Source: Mesotaenium endlicherianum (taxonomy: Eukaryota). Taken from it: a DNA stretch of 64,000 bases. The stretch lies in contig WELA01001870.1 in NCBI GenBank assembly GCA_009602735.1, forward strand, positions 110,202-174,201, written 5' to 3'. Both the position numbers and the translations under genes were made by a program. Shown here piece by piece: positions 47,901 to 64,000 of this stretch (its first letter is position 1; the number at the start of each line of letters is the position of its first letter). Below the pieces are notes generated by a model. It saw nothing but the letters and a program-made list of their open reading frames with translations. It was not told the DNA's origin and ran no database searches.

Positions 47901-50900
47901 CCAGCCTGGGGCGACAAGGCTGCCAGCGTCGGTGCTCGAGAGTCCGTCCACTCCTCAATCGGCATCTCCACGTCGATTCCCTCCTCCCAAATTGTCGGTC
48001 TCCCATTGGGCCCCGCCCCTGCCCCGGCTCTCATGGGGGGCTGCTGCAGGGGAGACCCGCCGGCCGGCGCACTTGATTGGCCGGCGGCGAGGCCAAATCT
48101 GGGGCTCGCCTGCTCTGTGATGGGCGACAGGTGTTTGTGCGATGCTCGCTCGGAGGCTCGCCTGAGCAGCACCTTCCCGCGCGCGCGCTTGATCTCCTCC
48201 GAGAGGGAGGTAGCAGCAGGGGCAGCACTAGGTGGGGGGCTTTTGCTCCCCCCGCCCTCCGCCGGGGGTGTCTCCAAGTAGGAGCTCCGCCCGACATTTT
48301 CCGAATGTCGCCGCACTCCTGATGCCGCCACTACTGCTGTGACACCTGGCGGGGTGCCAGCTGGCATGCCAGTTGGCATCTCTGGCCTCGCTGCCGCGCC
48401 TTGGGGGACGCCAGGGGGCGCGCCAGGTGGAGCCTCCTGCTGTGCCGCAGCTGGTGTTGCCTTGGCTGGCACAGCGGCAGGCAGTGCCACCTCGCCCTTT
48501 GACCGCGACGAGCCCCCTCTCTCAGGGCTGGCGATAAATCCGCGGCTAGCACCTGCACTTGCACCTGTACCGCCACCTGAACCTGCCTCTCCCCCCTCCG
48601 GCTCCCCTCTCCTTCTTAATACTGTTGTTGATGCCTTTGCCTCCCCACCCTCCACCTCCACGGGCGCCCGTTCAGGCCGCCCCTCGAGACCCGCGGCCTC
48701 CTCCACCACTCTTGCCGCAAAGGAGACCCCACTGGGACTGGCGAGAGCACCGCCGCTATGGCCACGATGGAGGTGGACTTCATTGTCCCCACCGTCCCCG
48801 CCGTCCTCGCTGTCCCTGTCATTCCTGCCGCCAGCCTTCTCCCCTCCGTCGGCGCCGTTGCCATCGGCGCCACCGTTCCCGCCATCCCGATGACCCTCGC
48901 GGGCGTCCTGGCCGCACGCGGCCCCAACGGGGCGCACCTTATTGGCGCCCCTCCGGAGCTCGCGCAGCACGTCGTCCATGCGCTTCTTGTGGGAGCTCCG
49001 CTCGCGCTCGATGGCCGCCTCCTCCTCGGCGTCCCTCCTCTTGCGGTCGGCGCCGCCGTCTCTGCCGTCGCCGCCCACGCCCGCCTCCGTTCCGATCTGC
49101 GCCCTCGTCATCACCTTGGCTGCCAGCGACAGGAGCGATGCCGCGACCCCTCCTCCTCCTTCTCCTTCTCCTCCTGCACCTCCTCCTTCTGCACCTTCTT
49201 CTCTGCCTTCTTCTCCTCCTGCCCCTTCAGCTCCTCCACCACCTCTTTCTACTCCTCCTTCGTCTTCTTCCTCTCCTCGGTTCTGCATAAAGCCCGCCAG
49301 GTCCGCCTGGCTGAAGAGGCCCTCCAGGTCAGCGCTGCCCTCCCCTGCCAGGGCGGCAGGGGCGGCAAGGGCGGCAGGGGCGGGGGGCCCGGCAAGCGCG
49401 GCAGGGGTCAAACCTGATGCTTCTGGGTGACCGGGCTTCTCTCCTCCTGCCAGAGCGCCGCCGCCACTGCGTGCGCCGGGAAGCTCCCGCGAGGAGGCTG
49501 CACCCTCTTGCCAGGTGTCGCCGGCTGGAGGGGACTTGGAAGGCGGGGAGCGCATCTCGGCAGCGGCGGAGGCGGAGGTCGTGAAGAGCGACTGCGAGGC
49601 GGCCGCATACGCTTCCATCCGCTTTCTCCCGTTCACCTGCATGCACGGACGGACACACAGCAGCCGTGGGGCAACGCACACCCCCCCAGGTAAGCTCCCA
49701 ACTGAGCCCAAGTGACCAGCTGCCAGCACACCTGCTATGACCTGACGCTCTCGATCTAGGGCTAGCTGGTCCATTTCCAAATTTTAAACGGGCAGAGGGC
49801 AAAGCGACTCCTGGAATTGTTCACGGTTAGGACTCTAGGTGCAGGAACTAGAAACTTCCCTATAAGGAGGCAACGCTCGCGCCTGCAGCCTATTGTCTGC
49901 AGTCAGCCAGGTTCAGCTCGTTGAGGCGTAACGGCGGTGAGGAGCGGAGGAGAGGGAAGCGCAGTCAAACATGCACAATGACCACTAAAAGACCGCTCAG
50001 TTGCGCAGAAAGGGGAGCAGGGAGATGGGGTGCCGGACGGGGAGGGGGGGGAAAGCGTGGGGAGCGGGGTTGGTTCTGTGCTGCCGTGTGATCAGAAAAG
50101 TAGATGAAGAGGGGGTGTAAGCGATGGAGGTTTCCCGCACCTCCTCGCTCTTCTTCCTGTCGATGGCCTTGATCTGTTCCAGGGGGATCCCGTGCTCGTC
50201 CACCTGGACGCTCTTGCGGTGCAGGCCCCCTATGGCGCTGACACCTGTCCGCACCACGGAGGCCCCCAGGTCGCGCACGGTGTCGCCGATCTCCAGCACC
50301 ATGTGGAGCGGCGGCGGCAGCGCCTGCCGGCGCTCGGCCTTCTCGGAGGAGGCGGAGGAGGCCACGTGCGCCGCCTTGGAGACGTTGCCATAGCCCTGGA
50401 TGCGTCGCGTGACCTCCTGGGGTGAGATCGATGGGCTGGCCAAAGCACCAGCACCAGCACCAGCACCGGCAGCACCGGCAGCATGGGCACCAGCAGGGGC
50501 ACCAGCAGAGCTGGCACCAGTACCAGCGCCAACGCTAGCAGCAGCAGCAGCAGCAGCAGGAGCACCAGCAGTAGCACTAGCACCACCAGCAGCAGGAGCA
50601 GCGCTGCTGCCTGGGGGCGGGACTGCCAGGCCGGGAGGAGCCGTTGCCTGGGGGGCAGCATCTGCTTGGGGAGCATTCGGCTGCAGGGAAGAGGCGGCTG
50701 GCAGCTCGGCAGGCCCGCGAGGGCCGGTTGAAGGGAGGGCAGGGTCCGAGGAAGGGCCTGCCTCTACGTCTGTGCGAGCCTCAGCCGCGCTCTCTGTCCC
50801 CGGAGCCGCCGCCGCCGCAGCAGAAGCCGCAGTAGCAACAGCAGCAGGCTGAGCATGCACGCCCCCGGCTTGCTCTGCGCTTGGACTCTGAACTTGACCC

Positions 50901-53900
50901 CCACCTTCACCGGGTCTCTGACTTGCTGGCATCTGGCGTTGGCTCTCATAGTGCTGGACCACATCATCCACCTGGCGGCTGGCGCCTTGAGCTCCATGTC
51001 CCCCAGAACCCGCCTGTGTCTCGGGAGCGAGGACAGCTGGCGCGCTTCCTCCTCCTCCTCTCACTGCCTCATTTGTCGTCCGGCTCACAGGCGCGGAAGG
51101 CATGTGGCCTCTCCACAGTGCTGCATCGGACGATGCTACGCCGGCGCCCGTCCCCTGGCTGCCACCTGGCACACCGCCTGGTGTGCCACCTGGGCCATTC
51201 TCGTGCGGCGGCTTGGTGCTGTTCAGGCCAACCTCGACAACCTTGCGGTCTTCTGACGGTGCCAGCTTCCCTGGGAGTTGCGCGCTGGGCATAGGAGCGG
51301 CGTCCACCTGGCGCGCAGAGGTGGAGCGCCCTGCCAGCATCTTGGTGGGGCCGGCGCTGCTGGCAGGCGACGCAGCCGAGATCCGATCGCCGTGGGCGGC
51401 AAGCGGCAGCTGGCTCAGGTCCTTGATTCTGTTCAGGCTGAGCCAATCCAGGATGGCGCTCACATGTGTGCCGCCTTGCTGGGCCTCCACCTTTCCAGGC
51501 TTGGCTGCAACCACACCAAAACTCATCCCCCACATCAGGCCGGATATGTATACGACATGACAAGGTTCTGACCCCTAGACCCTAGACTAGGCCCTACACC
51601 CCAGGCTAGGCCCTACAGGCTGGGCTAGGCCCTACACCCTAGGCTAGGCCCTACACCCTAGGCCTTATCAGTTCTGGGTCTATGTGCTTGGCCCCAGTTG
51701 GCGTCTCCCTCAAATGGAGCCCCCACACCCTCAGCCGATCCTCTGCCTCAGGGGTGGGCTTGCACAAAGGTTCTCTCCACGTACGCGTGTGTGTGCGTGT
51801 GTGCGTGTGCGCGCGCATGTGCATGTGTGTATGCGCGCGCATGTGTGTGTGTGTGTGTATGCGCGCGTGCATGTGTGGGTACGTGTGAGTGTGCGTGTGC
51901 GTGTGCGTGTGTGCATGCGTGTGCGTGCGTGCGTGCGTGTGCGTGTGTGTGCGTGTGTGTCCGTGTGCGTGTGTGTGAGTATGCGCGTGCATGCGTGTGC
52001 GTGCGTGCTTGTAAGTGCGCGAGTGTGATGAGGGCTTGGAAGGCTGACTTCATCTGAAGAAGGAACCAAGCCTATCAAACACAGAATAGGAGCACATTGC
52101 CTTGGCTTGTTGAGTTTCGGCATGCAGAGCCCTCTTCTCGGCCTCCTGTTGCAGCTCACCTTTCCCCCCCGGTCAATTGTCCTGTCACTGTTTATTCTCT
52201 CAGAGATTCGACACTTCAAAGAAGATTAAGAGCCGGTCCTCTTCTACTGGGATGCCAAACTCAAGAGAAAGTAATCAAGTAAGCAGACACAGAAAGCCAA
52301 AGAATATGTATGAGGGAAGGATAGGAAGTGTGAAACGCACGTTCCCTCGACGAGTCGGACGTGACGGAGCGGCGCTTACCACTTGCAGGCGCCGTGACCA
52401 GGAAGCTGAAGGTCGCGTTCGCACTGAATCCCGCCGAGCCCGACGCCCAGACGGAGCGCCCCTGCTTGAGGTCCGTCGAGAAACGCAGGCCCGTCGAATC
52501 CTCCCCAGTCACCACGCTCGCACCAAATGTCACGAACCCCTTCTGCGGGGGCAGCTCCGTGTGGCCCAGGAGGTAGATGACGTGGCCGAGGTCCAGCACG
52601 TCGCCAGCTGGCAACGCAAATTTTGATCCTGCCTTGGCGGGGGCTGATGGCTGAGATGTGCCGCCCGTGGAAGAGCAGGCGGCGGACGGGAGTGCCAGCT
52701 GGATAGGCGTGACGTCGGGCCCGACGTCCTCGCAGGCGACAAGTGTCACGTCCAGCTCAGCGTTTGTTAGGAAGAACCTGCGTGCAGCGCGCGGGAGAGA
52801 GGGACACAACGTGGCCGTATGTCAAACTATATCTTGGGGAGTGTGTGTATCAGTAGGGACACTCTTTCAAAGAATGAAGGTGCGAAACAGACAGAACGGG
52901 AAGTAATTATACGTATAAGTGACATTCTTCAAAGAGATACATACATAGACTCCATTGCATGTCCCGTTCAACATTGAGTTATGCCATGCTTTCTAAACTT
53001 TTTCATCCTTTTTCACCAACCTCGCTGACTTCTCAAAGAGAGCTTGACGGGAGAGAGCTTGCGGGGAGCTTGCGGTGCAGGCAATACCTAGCTGGCATCA
53101 GGCGCTTAGTCAGCACAATCTTGGGCGCTTCTTCTGCTGGCAATTGGTGGCCTCTGGAGTAGCACAGCACAATCTCGGCGTTCTTGGCCACGTCGTGAGT
53201 TGACAGGCAGTCATTGGTCGTCAGCACGAGGGTCGGTGTCACGAGGACACCTGTCCCCCTTCCATCGCCGCCCGCCGAGCACGCCCTGCAGCACCGCACA
53301 CGCCTCCGATCAGCGTCATCACCATTGCACAATGCGCTAGACCAGAACGCACACACACGCACACACACACGCACACACTCACACACACACACACGCACAC
53401 ACAAGCGCGAGCGCGCGCGCGCATGAGCGCGTTGCAAGCTTGGATGCAGACATACCTGCATGCGCTCATGCGCTCGCACACATACAGGCACAAGGCACAC
53501 ACGTGTGTACGCACAAATGCACAGCACACTCACACCCATCTTCCCCCCCTCTAATTCCCCCCCCAAACCCCCCCTCCCCCCCCACAGGTCTCGACTGACT
53601 CCCACCNNNNNNNNNNNNNNNNNNNNNNNNNNNNNNNNNNNNNNNNNNNNNNNNNNNNNNNNNNNNNNNNNNNNNNNNNNNNNNNNNNNNNNNNNNNNNN
53701 NNNNNNNNNNNNNNNNNNNNNNNNNNNNNNNNNNNNNNNNNNNNNNNNNNNNNNNNNNNNNNNNNNNNNNNNNNNNNNNNNNNNNNNNNNNNNNNNNNNN
53801 NNNNNNNNNNNNNNNNNNNNNNNNNNNNNNNNNNNNNNNNNNNNNNNNNNNNNNNNNNNNNNNNNNNNNNNNNNNNNNNNNNNNNNNNNNNNNNNNNNNN

Positions 53901-54971
53901 NNNNNNNNNNNNNNNNNNNNNNNNNNNNNNNNNNNNNNNNNNNNNNNNNNNNNNNNNNNNNNNNNNNNNNNNNNNNNNNNNNNNNNNNNNNNNNNNNNNN
54001 NNNNNNNNNNNNNNNNNNNNNNNNNNNNNNNNNNNNNNNNNNNNNNNNNNNNNNNNNNNNNNNNNNNNNNNAACCTTTCCCCTCCCCCCTGATGCAAACA
54101 TCTGCAATGCTCTTTGCGGTTTGGCGACTGCTACATTTGCCCCCCACACCACCCCAACCACCCCTCCTCCGCCTCCCCCTGTTTCCCTCTGCGCTTGCGA
54201 TGCATGAGATGTCAGACATAGGACGTGGCTCTCCCAGCGCATGGGCCTACAGGGAGACGCAGAGGAGGCCCTGGCTTCTGCATACACGGCGGAGGACACT
54301 CTCGGGTATCCAGCAGACCCAGCTTCCCTTGCTCTCTCTGAGTCCAAGAATGGGTTGCTCAGCTTTTGTAGACACTTCACTTGCCTCCGCCTCCCCCCCC
54401 TGGCAACTCCCCCCCGCCCTCTGCCTACCATGTGCTGCCTTTTGCTTCATCTTACACAATTGTAATCTACCACTTCAAGGTTCAAGGGGGGGTGGTGCAC
54501 GCTCGGTGAGGAGTAGGAGCAGGCGAGTGCCTGCCCTGGGCCAAACAATCTTTTATATTGTATGAGCACTTACATACTTAGTATGGGTTAGAGCAGGCCA
54601 GGCTAGCTTCGGCATCTTAGGGACCTACCTCCATATGGTACATATAGTATCACACTCATACCATGTGTGCTCACAAAGTGCGTGTGCTATGTCACTGATC
54701 AAGGTGCCACGCACTTACCCTTCGGCAGCAATGGATACACTAGCCGGGTTGCAGCTTTTCCTACTTCTCACTATACCTACCATGCACTCTATCAATTGCT
54801 AACAACCCTTTTTTGCCGCACCCCACGTCCAGATGTAAGAGCTTGGTCTTACCCGGTGATGGACACAATGGCGGCGTGGAGCTTCTGAATGGAAGCTCTG
54901 GCTGCGTTTTTGTCTCCATTGCCAGCTGCTCTCACGTGTGCCCCTGATGAGCAGCACGCGAAAAGACCCAT
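44925..54971 (-). CDS. Plant trypsin-like (Trypsin_2-type) peptidase-domain protein, probably catalytically inactive, with a very long low-complexity C-terminus; exons ~54853-54971, 53088-53286, 52380-52777, 50141-51507, 47039-49636, 46188-46494, 45823-46023, 44925-45556
   Basis: In-frame splicing gives MGLFACCSS...[33 protein letters not shown].../[15 protein letters not shown]...[12 protein letters not shown]...WASGSAGF.../AILDWL. This resembles an uncharacterised land-plant family as I recall it (GTGFLIH..LLLTTH, LDLGSVVYLLG, WSPGSAGF, ICDWL). The 3' exons are less certain. Confidence 0.72.
51570..51665. repeat. Intronic minisatellite, ~20 bp unit (GCTAGGCCCTACACCCTAG-like), about 4-5 copies
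   Basis: Repeated ctaggccctaca(c)cc units are visible directly. Confidence 0.7.
51781..52010. repeat. Compound (GT/GC)n alternating purine-pyrimidine tract in an intron; similar tracts at ~7385-7490 and 53348-53425
   Basis: Seen directly. Confidence 0.9.
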
Positions 54972-57114
54972 CGCTGTCTCCTTCGCTTCAAGCAGGCGAG
55001 CTTCAGGAGCGCTCAGGAGATCCTCAGCGTCCAGTCTCTTCCCTAGACCTTCATTGTGCCCCCCTCTATGAAGCCTTCGTGGTGCAACGCATCTCTCAGA
55101 AGCATTTCCGTTAGCTCTTTGCTGAGACGAGGAGGTAAGTCATCTTCGGGGAACGACTATCGTGCTTCCCTGGCGACTCTACGAATCACAACGGAATTTG
55201 ACAATACTGGCCGTTCATGAAGCAGAAGCAGGAAGGTAATGACATCGAGTGGAATGTATTCGGCAAAGTGACCTCGAGTTAGCTCAGAGGAAACTAGAGG
55301 CAGGTCACTAAACGGGATTGTCAAACGACGTGCTGAAGCGGGCAATGACTGATCAGAGGAGTCTTAGCAAGGCGTGGAGGGAGCCTTTCGGAAAAAAAAT
55401 AGATGGGAAGCATCGAAACAGCCCGGGTGGTAAGCAGGCCAGTGCATGCTGAGTGCATGCAGACGTTTGACATGGTTTGACATATACGACACGGCCTGGC
55501 TCAGTCCGGCTTTTCGCAGATGCAACTTAGAAAGTACAACATTATCTGCCGTGTCACTTCGGAATCCAGATGTATTGACCAATATCGGCTCATCGTCATT
55601 GCCTTCATGCAAGCACCTGCTGTCGTCCCGAATCCCGATTCCCAGTCGCACCTGGTCGTACCCAGTCGTCCCCAATTGTCCCCAATCGACCTGCAATCGA
55701 CCCTACCAAGTTGCTACCAGTCTCAGCTGCTGGTGCCGCCTTTACCGACACACTCAATGGATGTTTGTGTTTCAAATCTACATCAGTCTACGTTGGTCTA
55801 CGTTGGTCTACATGATGTTCTGGGTTGTTCAAGCAACTAGAATTCAACGCTATATGTCAAATGGGTCGTGCCCTGGTCGTACTCAATCCAGCACACTCGT
55901 GCCAATAGGTGCCAAGGCGCCATGCCCGCCCAAGACATTTCCACAAGATTGCAACTTTAGTTATTTGCCCCCTTTCGAAGCGCATAATGTCTATTTTAAA
56001 ATACTCATCTGCCGCTTGGTCTTCTTAGTACTGTGAATTTGAGCAAGCCCTCAACTTGAGGTTGAAAAGGAGGGAAATTTCACAAAGTGAAATATTCACC
56101 TCTACGTCTGAAAGGACAACTCTCGCAAGAGTTGTGACCGTCCATACCAGATTCATACTAAAGTAAGGCAAGAGTAACATCATGCAAGCGCCCTATCACA
56201 GTGCATAGTTGACCCACCCACCCCCCAAGTGAGAGGGTGGACGTACCCAAGATTCAATAGTCTCTGGGCAATGAATGTGAGTAGACAAAAGAGTAGAAGT
56301 ATCTTAATATAATATATATGGTAAGATGACATAAGTAGTATACATCCCCATTCCATTACATTACAATAGGACATTATAGAGTTAGAAGAAGCCCCGCGCC
56401 CGCGCGAGAACACAGCTTGCACTTGTACCACTACGTCTATATTGACTACCATATTCTCTTCTATACCTATCCATGCTTCTGTCTTCATGTATGATGATAG
56501 TTAATCTACTGCATACCAATTTCTCATTTCCCTCACTTGGTGAAATACTTCATATGTTTAACTTGCCATTTACAACAAGGCGGCATAACTTGCCTTGAAT
56601 GGTTGTCCTCAGCTAATGAATGAGTGACTACAATTTTCATCCATGCCGCGGCGCGCCACACCTCTTCAATGAGGAATATGAAGATTCTTGCATCATATTA
56701 TTTGGCTTACACTTTCAATGCGTACAAAAGATTTACGTCCAATAAGGTACTGTCAATCCCTTGTCTTTTTTCCAACACAGAGTTGAGAAACACCAAGCAA
56801 GTATTTTAGCACCGAGAATGCTAAGAACTCACTGTATGTTGGACAACGGAGAACATATCTTAAGTGTCAAATTACATGGAGCAGCCTTATCACTATGCGC
56901 CAAGTCGAATTCATTTTTAATCCTCAGGGTCATATCTCACAAAAAGATCCAAGCATGGACCACCATCTATATAAGTAAAAACAATGTATGAAGTACATTA
57001 TGTGAATAGCATGGAACATGCTAAATGCAAATATGGGTTTCGGGTAGTATGTTGCCAAATTCTTAAGTGGCGTCATGATGTTGAGCAATTCAAGTTGTTG
57101 TCTCAAATAATATT

Positions 57115-57400
57115 GAGATGGTGCATGATCGCAAAGTAGATTGTTTTGTGTCTCTTGCACATCACCTTACAAGATTTGGCTCATATGTGTAGCTTACTAC
57201 ACTCGCAAGCTAATGAGTAGTTTGGTGGACCCAGGTCTTAAGCAACGTGAAGAGAAGATGATGTAGTCGATTGGAAGGTACTTGAGGGTGGTGCTTTGAC
57301 TCCAGATTTGTCTTTAGAGAACTATAAGTTTCATGTATGGCAAATCTCGAGTGACTCTATGTAGTGCGAACTACGTCGTGGAGTTGTGGAACTTGGTATA
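57115..57400 (-). pseudogene. Possible decayed LINE AP-endonuclease fragment
   Basis: Minus-strand LHDVVR...TYSS...PIDYIIFS...CDHAP resembles the APE C-terminal motifs (LxDxWR, T(Y/F), RIDY, SDH); stops and frameshifts are present. Confidence 0.3.
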
Positions 57401-58459
57401 CGAAGTTGTTATGCTTGCTCGTGACTTGATCCAGTCTGGACTTGGAGCTTTGATTATTGTATGTATTAAACAAGGAACTTATAATGAAACTGACGTTGCA
57501 CAAACGACTACTGACACGCCAACATGCTTGCGAAGGAGATTACCTAGTGTGCGAGAGAGAACAAGCAGTATACCTCTTCATGCCCTGGTTGGGTTTGGTT
57601 GGGTTCAGTTCAGTGAGAAACTTGAAGAATATTGAGGCACGAGAAAGAGAAATTCACTTTCAAATTACAAAGAAAAGATAAAGAAACAAAAATGCTATCT
57701 TAAGAATCTCTAACAGCTAAGTATATAATACCACCAGCCTGTGTTGAGCTCATTACACATGAGGTGCGCAGCACACATGCGTCTGCATGCATGTTGCGAT
57801 GCCAAGGAGCTGCACCTCAAGCTACCTCATGCTGGTATGAGCTATGCATGTGGAAGCACACATGCCAATAAAGTAGAGAAAGTATACCATTATAACAGGA
57901 ATAGGGCCACAGCAGCCACCTGCCAGCAGCGATCGTGATTTGTGCAACTGCTTGCTAATTCTGATTTATTGCCAGGCAGGCTGGCTGCTGTGGCTCTTGA
58001 GTGTGTGGGGGCGTCGGGTGCCACCCCCTTGCGGACACGAGTGTCTTTGACCGGGTCTTCACTAATCGAGCTCACTGGCCGAGCCAACCCAGACCTAGGC
58101 CAATGTATTATATATGAACTTCTAGACAGTTTATCGGTGAAGCCTAGTAAGGCTTATACACGAGTATAAATAGTAGACTTTTATCGGCCACCAAAGACAT
58201 CAAACGTTCTGAAAGTGGTCCACTTATCGCCTCAGCTCTGGAAGGCCAACCAATCAGGCGCAGGCAGGCGTGCAGGCACACAAAATCCTCCGTGTTTTCA
58301 CAGGAAAGAGCCCCACAGCTGCTGCGCACCACGCAGCTAAGTGTGTAATGCGGGCGCCTGCGCAGTGCTGTGCTGCCGGCCAGCCACATGCACTGGGAAT
58401 CTCTTAGGGCTTGGAGAGGGCCAGCTTGGCGAGCGAGGTGTAGTCGTATTGCTCTGCAT

Positions 58460-61092
<2,633 letters not shown>

Positions 61093-61563
61093 NGGGGGGG
61101 GGGTTATTGTACAGGAAGGCTTTTACATGATGCCCTTACAAGCAATCAAATAGGTACAGTAACTGTCCCCAAAAATGGCAGCATTTATCCCGCACAATAG
61201 AATGGCAGAGTATTGCCACCGCCCACCATTTGTGCCCCTTCCTGGCCGTTGTGTTTTGAAGAGAAAAGGCCTCCCTGCCCCAGGCTCGTTCGCCATAGCC
61301 CAGTTTGAGATTACACTTTTTGTGTGGGAAACTATACAGGGCAAAAACAGAGAGGGTTACCTGTAAGAGGTAGTGGCAAAATGGTGCAACCAGGTTCCAC
61401 ACATGCGCGTTCTCATGTAAGTCCAACTCAAAAGCATAGTTGTCAACAATTAGTCTCGCATCATCATGTCAGAGTGAATCGAGGCCACTGCATGTGAGCA
61501 GCCTGTATGAACGACTCCTATAGGGGCATTCCAGGCAGGTAGCCGTGGCCTACGTAGCACGAC

Positions 61564-62376
61564 TCAGTACCTGAGAGTGCCCTTGGAGTAGATCTTCACC
61601 TTCCTGCTGCTCTTCAGAATTCCGCACACGGCACCACTGGCGCCCTCTCTGCCAGGGCCGCCACCTGGCCCGCCTGGACGTCCACCGACCCTCTGTTCAC
61701 CCGTGGGCATCGAGGGTGGCACATTGCTTGCAGTCAACAACGCTCTACCAGCGCCCCGAGTGAGACTGGGTGGTGGGCTTCCTGCTCTTCCTCCTGGGCC
61801 CCACAGGCCGTGCCTACCTGCGTCCCCACTCGGCATGGGGGGCGCATTTTCTCCTCTTCCTCCTCCTGGGGTGGGGGGCCGTGACCCCTGATCGGGCCTG
61901 CCAGCGCCTCCTCCGGCGGGAAAGGGAGGCGCATTCCCTCCTCTTCCTCCTTCTGGAGTAGTGGGCCTCGGCCCTTGATCGGGCCTGCCAGCGTCCCCAG
62001 CGAGAAAGGGGGGCGCATTTCCTCCCCAGCCTCCCGAGGCCAGGGGCCTTGAACCGGCTTTGACGTCAGGCTTTGGGCCAGGTGGAACCGGTGGCCCTGA
62101 GCCCGGTCCCGTCCTGACACCTGCAAATTCACGGAGATCGTCCGTCAGTACGTCCTGGATTTTAGAATGTCAGACGATTTCAGGAAGTCTCACATGCACA
62201 CGAACGCGCGCTCTAATAACTTTCAGAAATTTAATTTGGAGCGAAAAAAAAACATGTAGAATAGGGCATGCCGAACTCCGAAGACTAGCAGGAGTTACCC
62301 CAGTACCTTGCACAACTTCTCCAGCAGCAAACGCATGTAGAATCAGCGCGACGATAAGCAAGCTCCTGTGAACCAT
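61564..62376 (-). CDS. Small secreted Gly/Pro-rich repeat protein; exons 62307-62376 and 61564-62120
   Basis: Exon 1 is a signal peptide, MVHRSLLIVALILHAFAAGEVVQ. A phase-1 GT-AG intron joins it to an open frame with three G(G/E)NAPP(F/M)xxGxAGR repeats. Confidence 0.65.
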
Positions 62377-63846
62377 TTTGGATGTGTCGGGTCCTTATTT
62401 GTATCGAACAGGTAAATTTTCAAGCAGCCTCAATACGGCGCACGAACGGGGGTTCTGTCGTATTGACAAACGAACGGGGGTGCTTAGTGCTATCACTGCT
62501 ATGATGGAGCTTGCAACTTGACGAGGGACTGAAGCCCACCTGAGCTGAACTGATAGCTTTGAACTGCTTTGAACTGTGAATTACTCCGGCTTTATGCCGC
62601 ACGCGGCCTATATGTTCATGAGAGAAATCCCGAATCCCACCAATTCTAATGGCACAAAAGACGACGACTGGCGGTCCGCGGATGAGAGTTGAATCTGGAT
62701 CTGAGTCAGGAGTCAGGACTCGGAGCCTGGAACAGCGCCTGAGACCGCATTCTGACGAATCGTGGAATGTTTTCTCAGCATCGAAGGTAGGAATAACAAA
62801 CACAGTGTGGTGAATCGTGAATAGCCAGCCACGCCGCACGGGCTCACCGCAGGGGTATGTGGGAGAGGGTCGGAGAGACTACTCGAGGCTCAAGTAACAA
62901 CTGGTCACTGGTCAGTGCATGGTACTGCGGCTGTACTGCGTTCACCGATCGGCGGTGACCACATAAGAACCGAGACTCGAGAGTCCCAAGGACTCCCGAC
63001 TGAGGAACTCTCTTGCATGAAATGCACACAAACACTTAGTGGTAACTGGCCAGAGTGTATATCAGAAACAAGGACAGAATAAGGAAGGTTGATGCTAAGG
63101 CATTGCATCAAAAGGGGGACATGCAAATCAGAAACATATGAAGCAGCAGGACTATCAAAGCAGCGGCATAATCATTAATGGCCCCTATGTCAAGACTTGT
63201 GCAACAATAACTATGGTACTACTATGTAGCATATGCTCCTTAGAAGCTCGATGGAGTCAATCTATGGCACATATTCTGCGTCATGTAAAAGGTCGAAATG
63301 AAATGAGCAGGCCAACTTTATACTGTCATTTTGGACTTTTCGTAATACGCTACGAAGAAGAGTACTAAAGCAAATATGACTCGCCATTGGTCAATCTAGA
63401 CGCCTTGAAAGTCAGCTCTCGAGGCAGCCTCAGAATGGGATCGACGACGCCGAAAGATTTGTCTTTGCTACATGACCACTTCACAGGTGGTCGCAATAGA
63501 TCAATAACTCAAATATAGAAACATCAGAGGATAAAGAGCCGCGGCAAGAGTCTCTTTTACTTAGCCAAAGAAGCAACAACTTTTGCTGCAATCGACGACG
63601 TAGACACTGTTGGCTTTTACTCGCTGCCTAGTTCAGCCCACCATCTGCCTCAACATTCTACCCCATAGAAAGGCCACATGAAGCACATGGTAGCCTGGAC
63701 TACATAAATTATGTCGAACAAAGCTACGTCGCTCCCATAACAATTAGTTGAGAGTAATTGTGCATAGTCCTTGAAAAGAATCAATAGTAAATACTAGAAC
63801 AACGAAGGGATGCAAGCTACAAGCAGAGCAGCAACAGAGTAGCCTA

Positions 63847-64000
63847 CTACTTCAGGACAGGCTCTGCTGCCAGCACTGACCTCACTGCGTACTCGCCACC
63901 CCTCCAAGTCAAGCTGCCAAAGCTCCACTTGGAAGTTGCCCTCGTCACAGTGAACACCACCTTGAAGGTGACCTGCTGCCCAGGGCTTATCGCAAATTTG
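63847..64000 (-). CDS. C-terminal fibronectin-III-like domain of a plant subtilisin-like protease; gene continues beyond the window
   Basis: KFAISPGQQVTFKVVFTVTRATSKWSFGSLTWRGGEYAVRSVLAAEPVLK* carries the FGSLTW...VRS signature of subtilase C-termini. Confidence 0.8.
   Translation of the reverse strand, partial: KFAISPGQQVTFKVVFTVTRATSKWSFGSLTWRGGEYAVRSVLAAEPVLK

Noticed and set aside
47305..51560. Many overlapping plus-strand and alternate-frame ORFs
   Set aside because: Shadow ORFs of GC-rich minus-strand exons.

Overview
Eukaryotic, intron-rich, plant-lineage DNA. It is most likely a streptophyte alga, judged from land-plant-type genes, GA/CA microsatellites and N gaps. Host genes are a KH-domain protein (minus), a plastid-type DUF3067 gene (plus), a TBL O-acetyltransferase (minus), a plant trypsin-like pseudo-peptidase with a long disordered tail (minus), a small secreted Gly/Pro-repeat protein (minus) and the 3' end of a subtilase (minus). 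The centre (23.7-43.8 kb) is a retroelement nest. Its main member is a degenerate Ty3/Gypsy-type element with gag, protease, a DNMT3-like C5 cytosine methyltransferase, a long unknown linker, RT, RNase H, DDE integrase and a PHD finger. Its termini are not ordinary LTRs: they are split direct repeats, A-[gag-pol]-B-A-B, with a palindromic B|A junction. I know this architecture from tyrosine-recombinase (PAT/Ngaro/TOC1-type) elements, not from DDE-integrase elements. An inverted solo A-B unit lies 104 bp away. A second, non-coding tRNA-iMet-primed LTR family has inserted into the element twice. A 2.6 kb poly-C run is probably an assembly artefact. All coordinates and alignments were read by eye.
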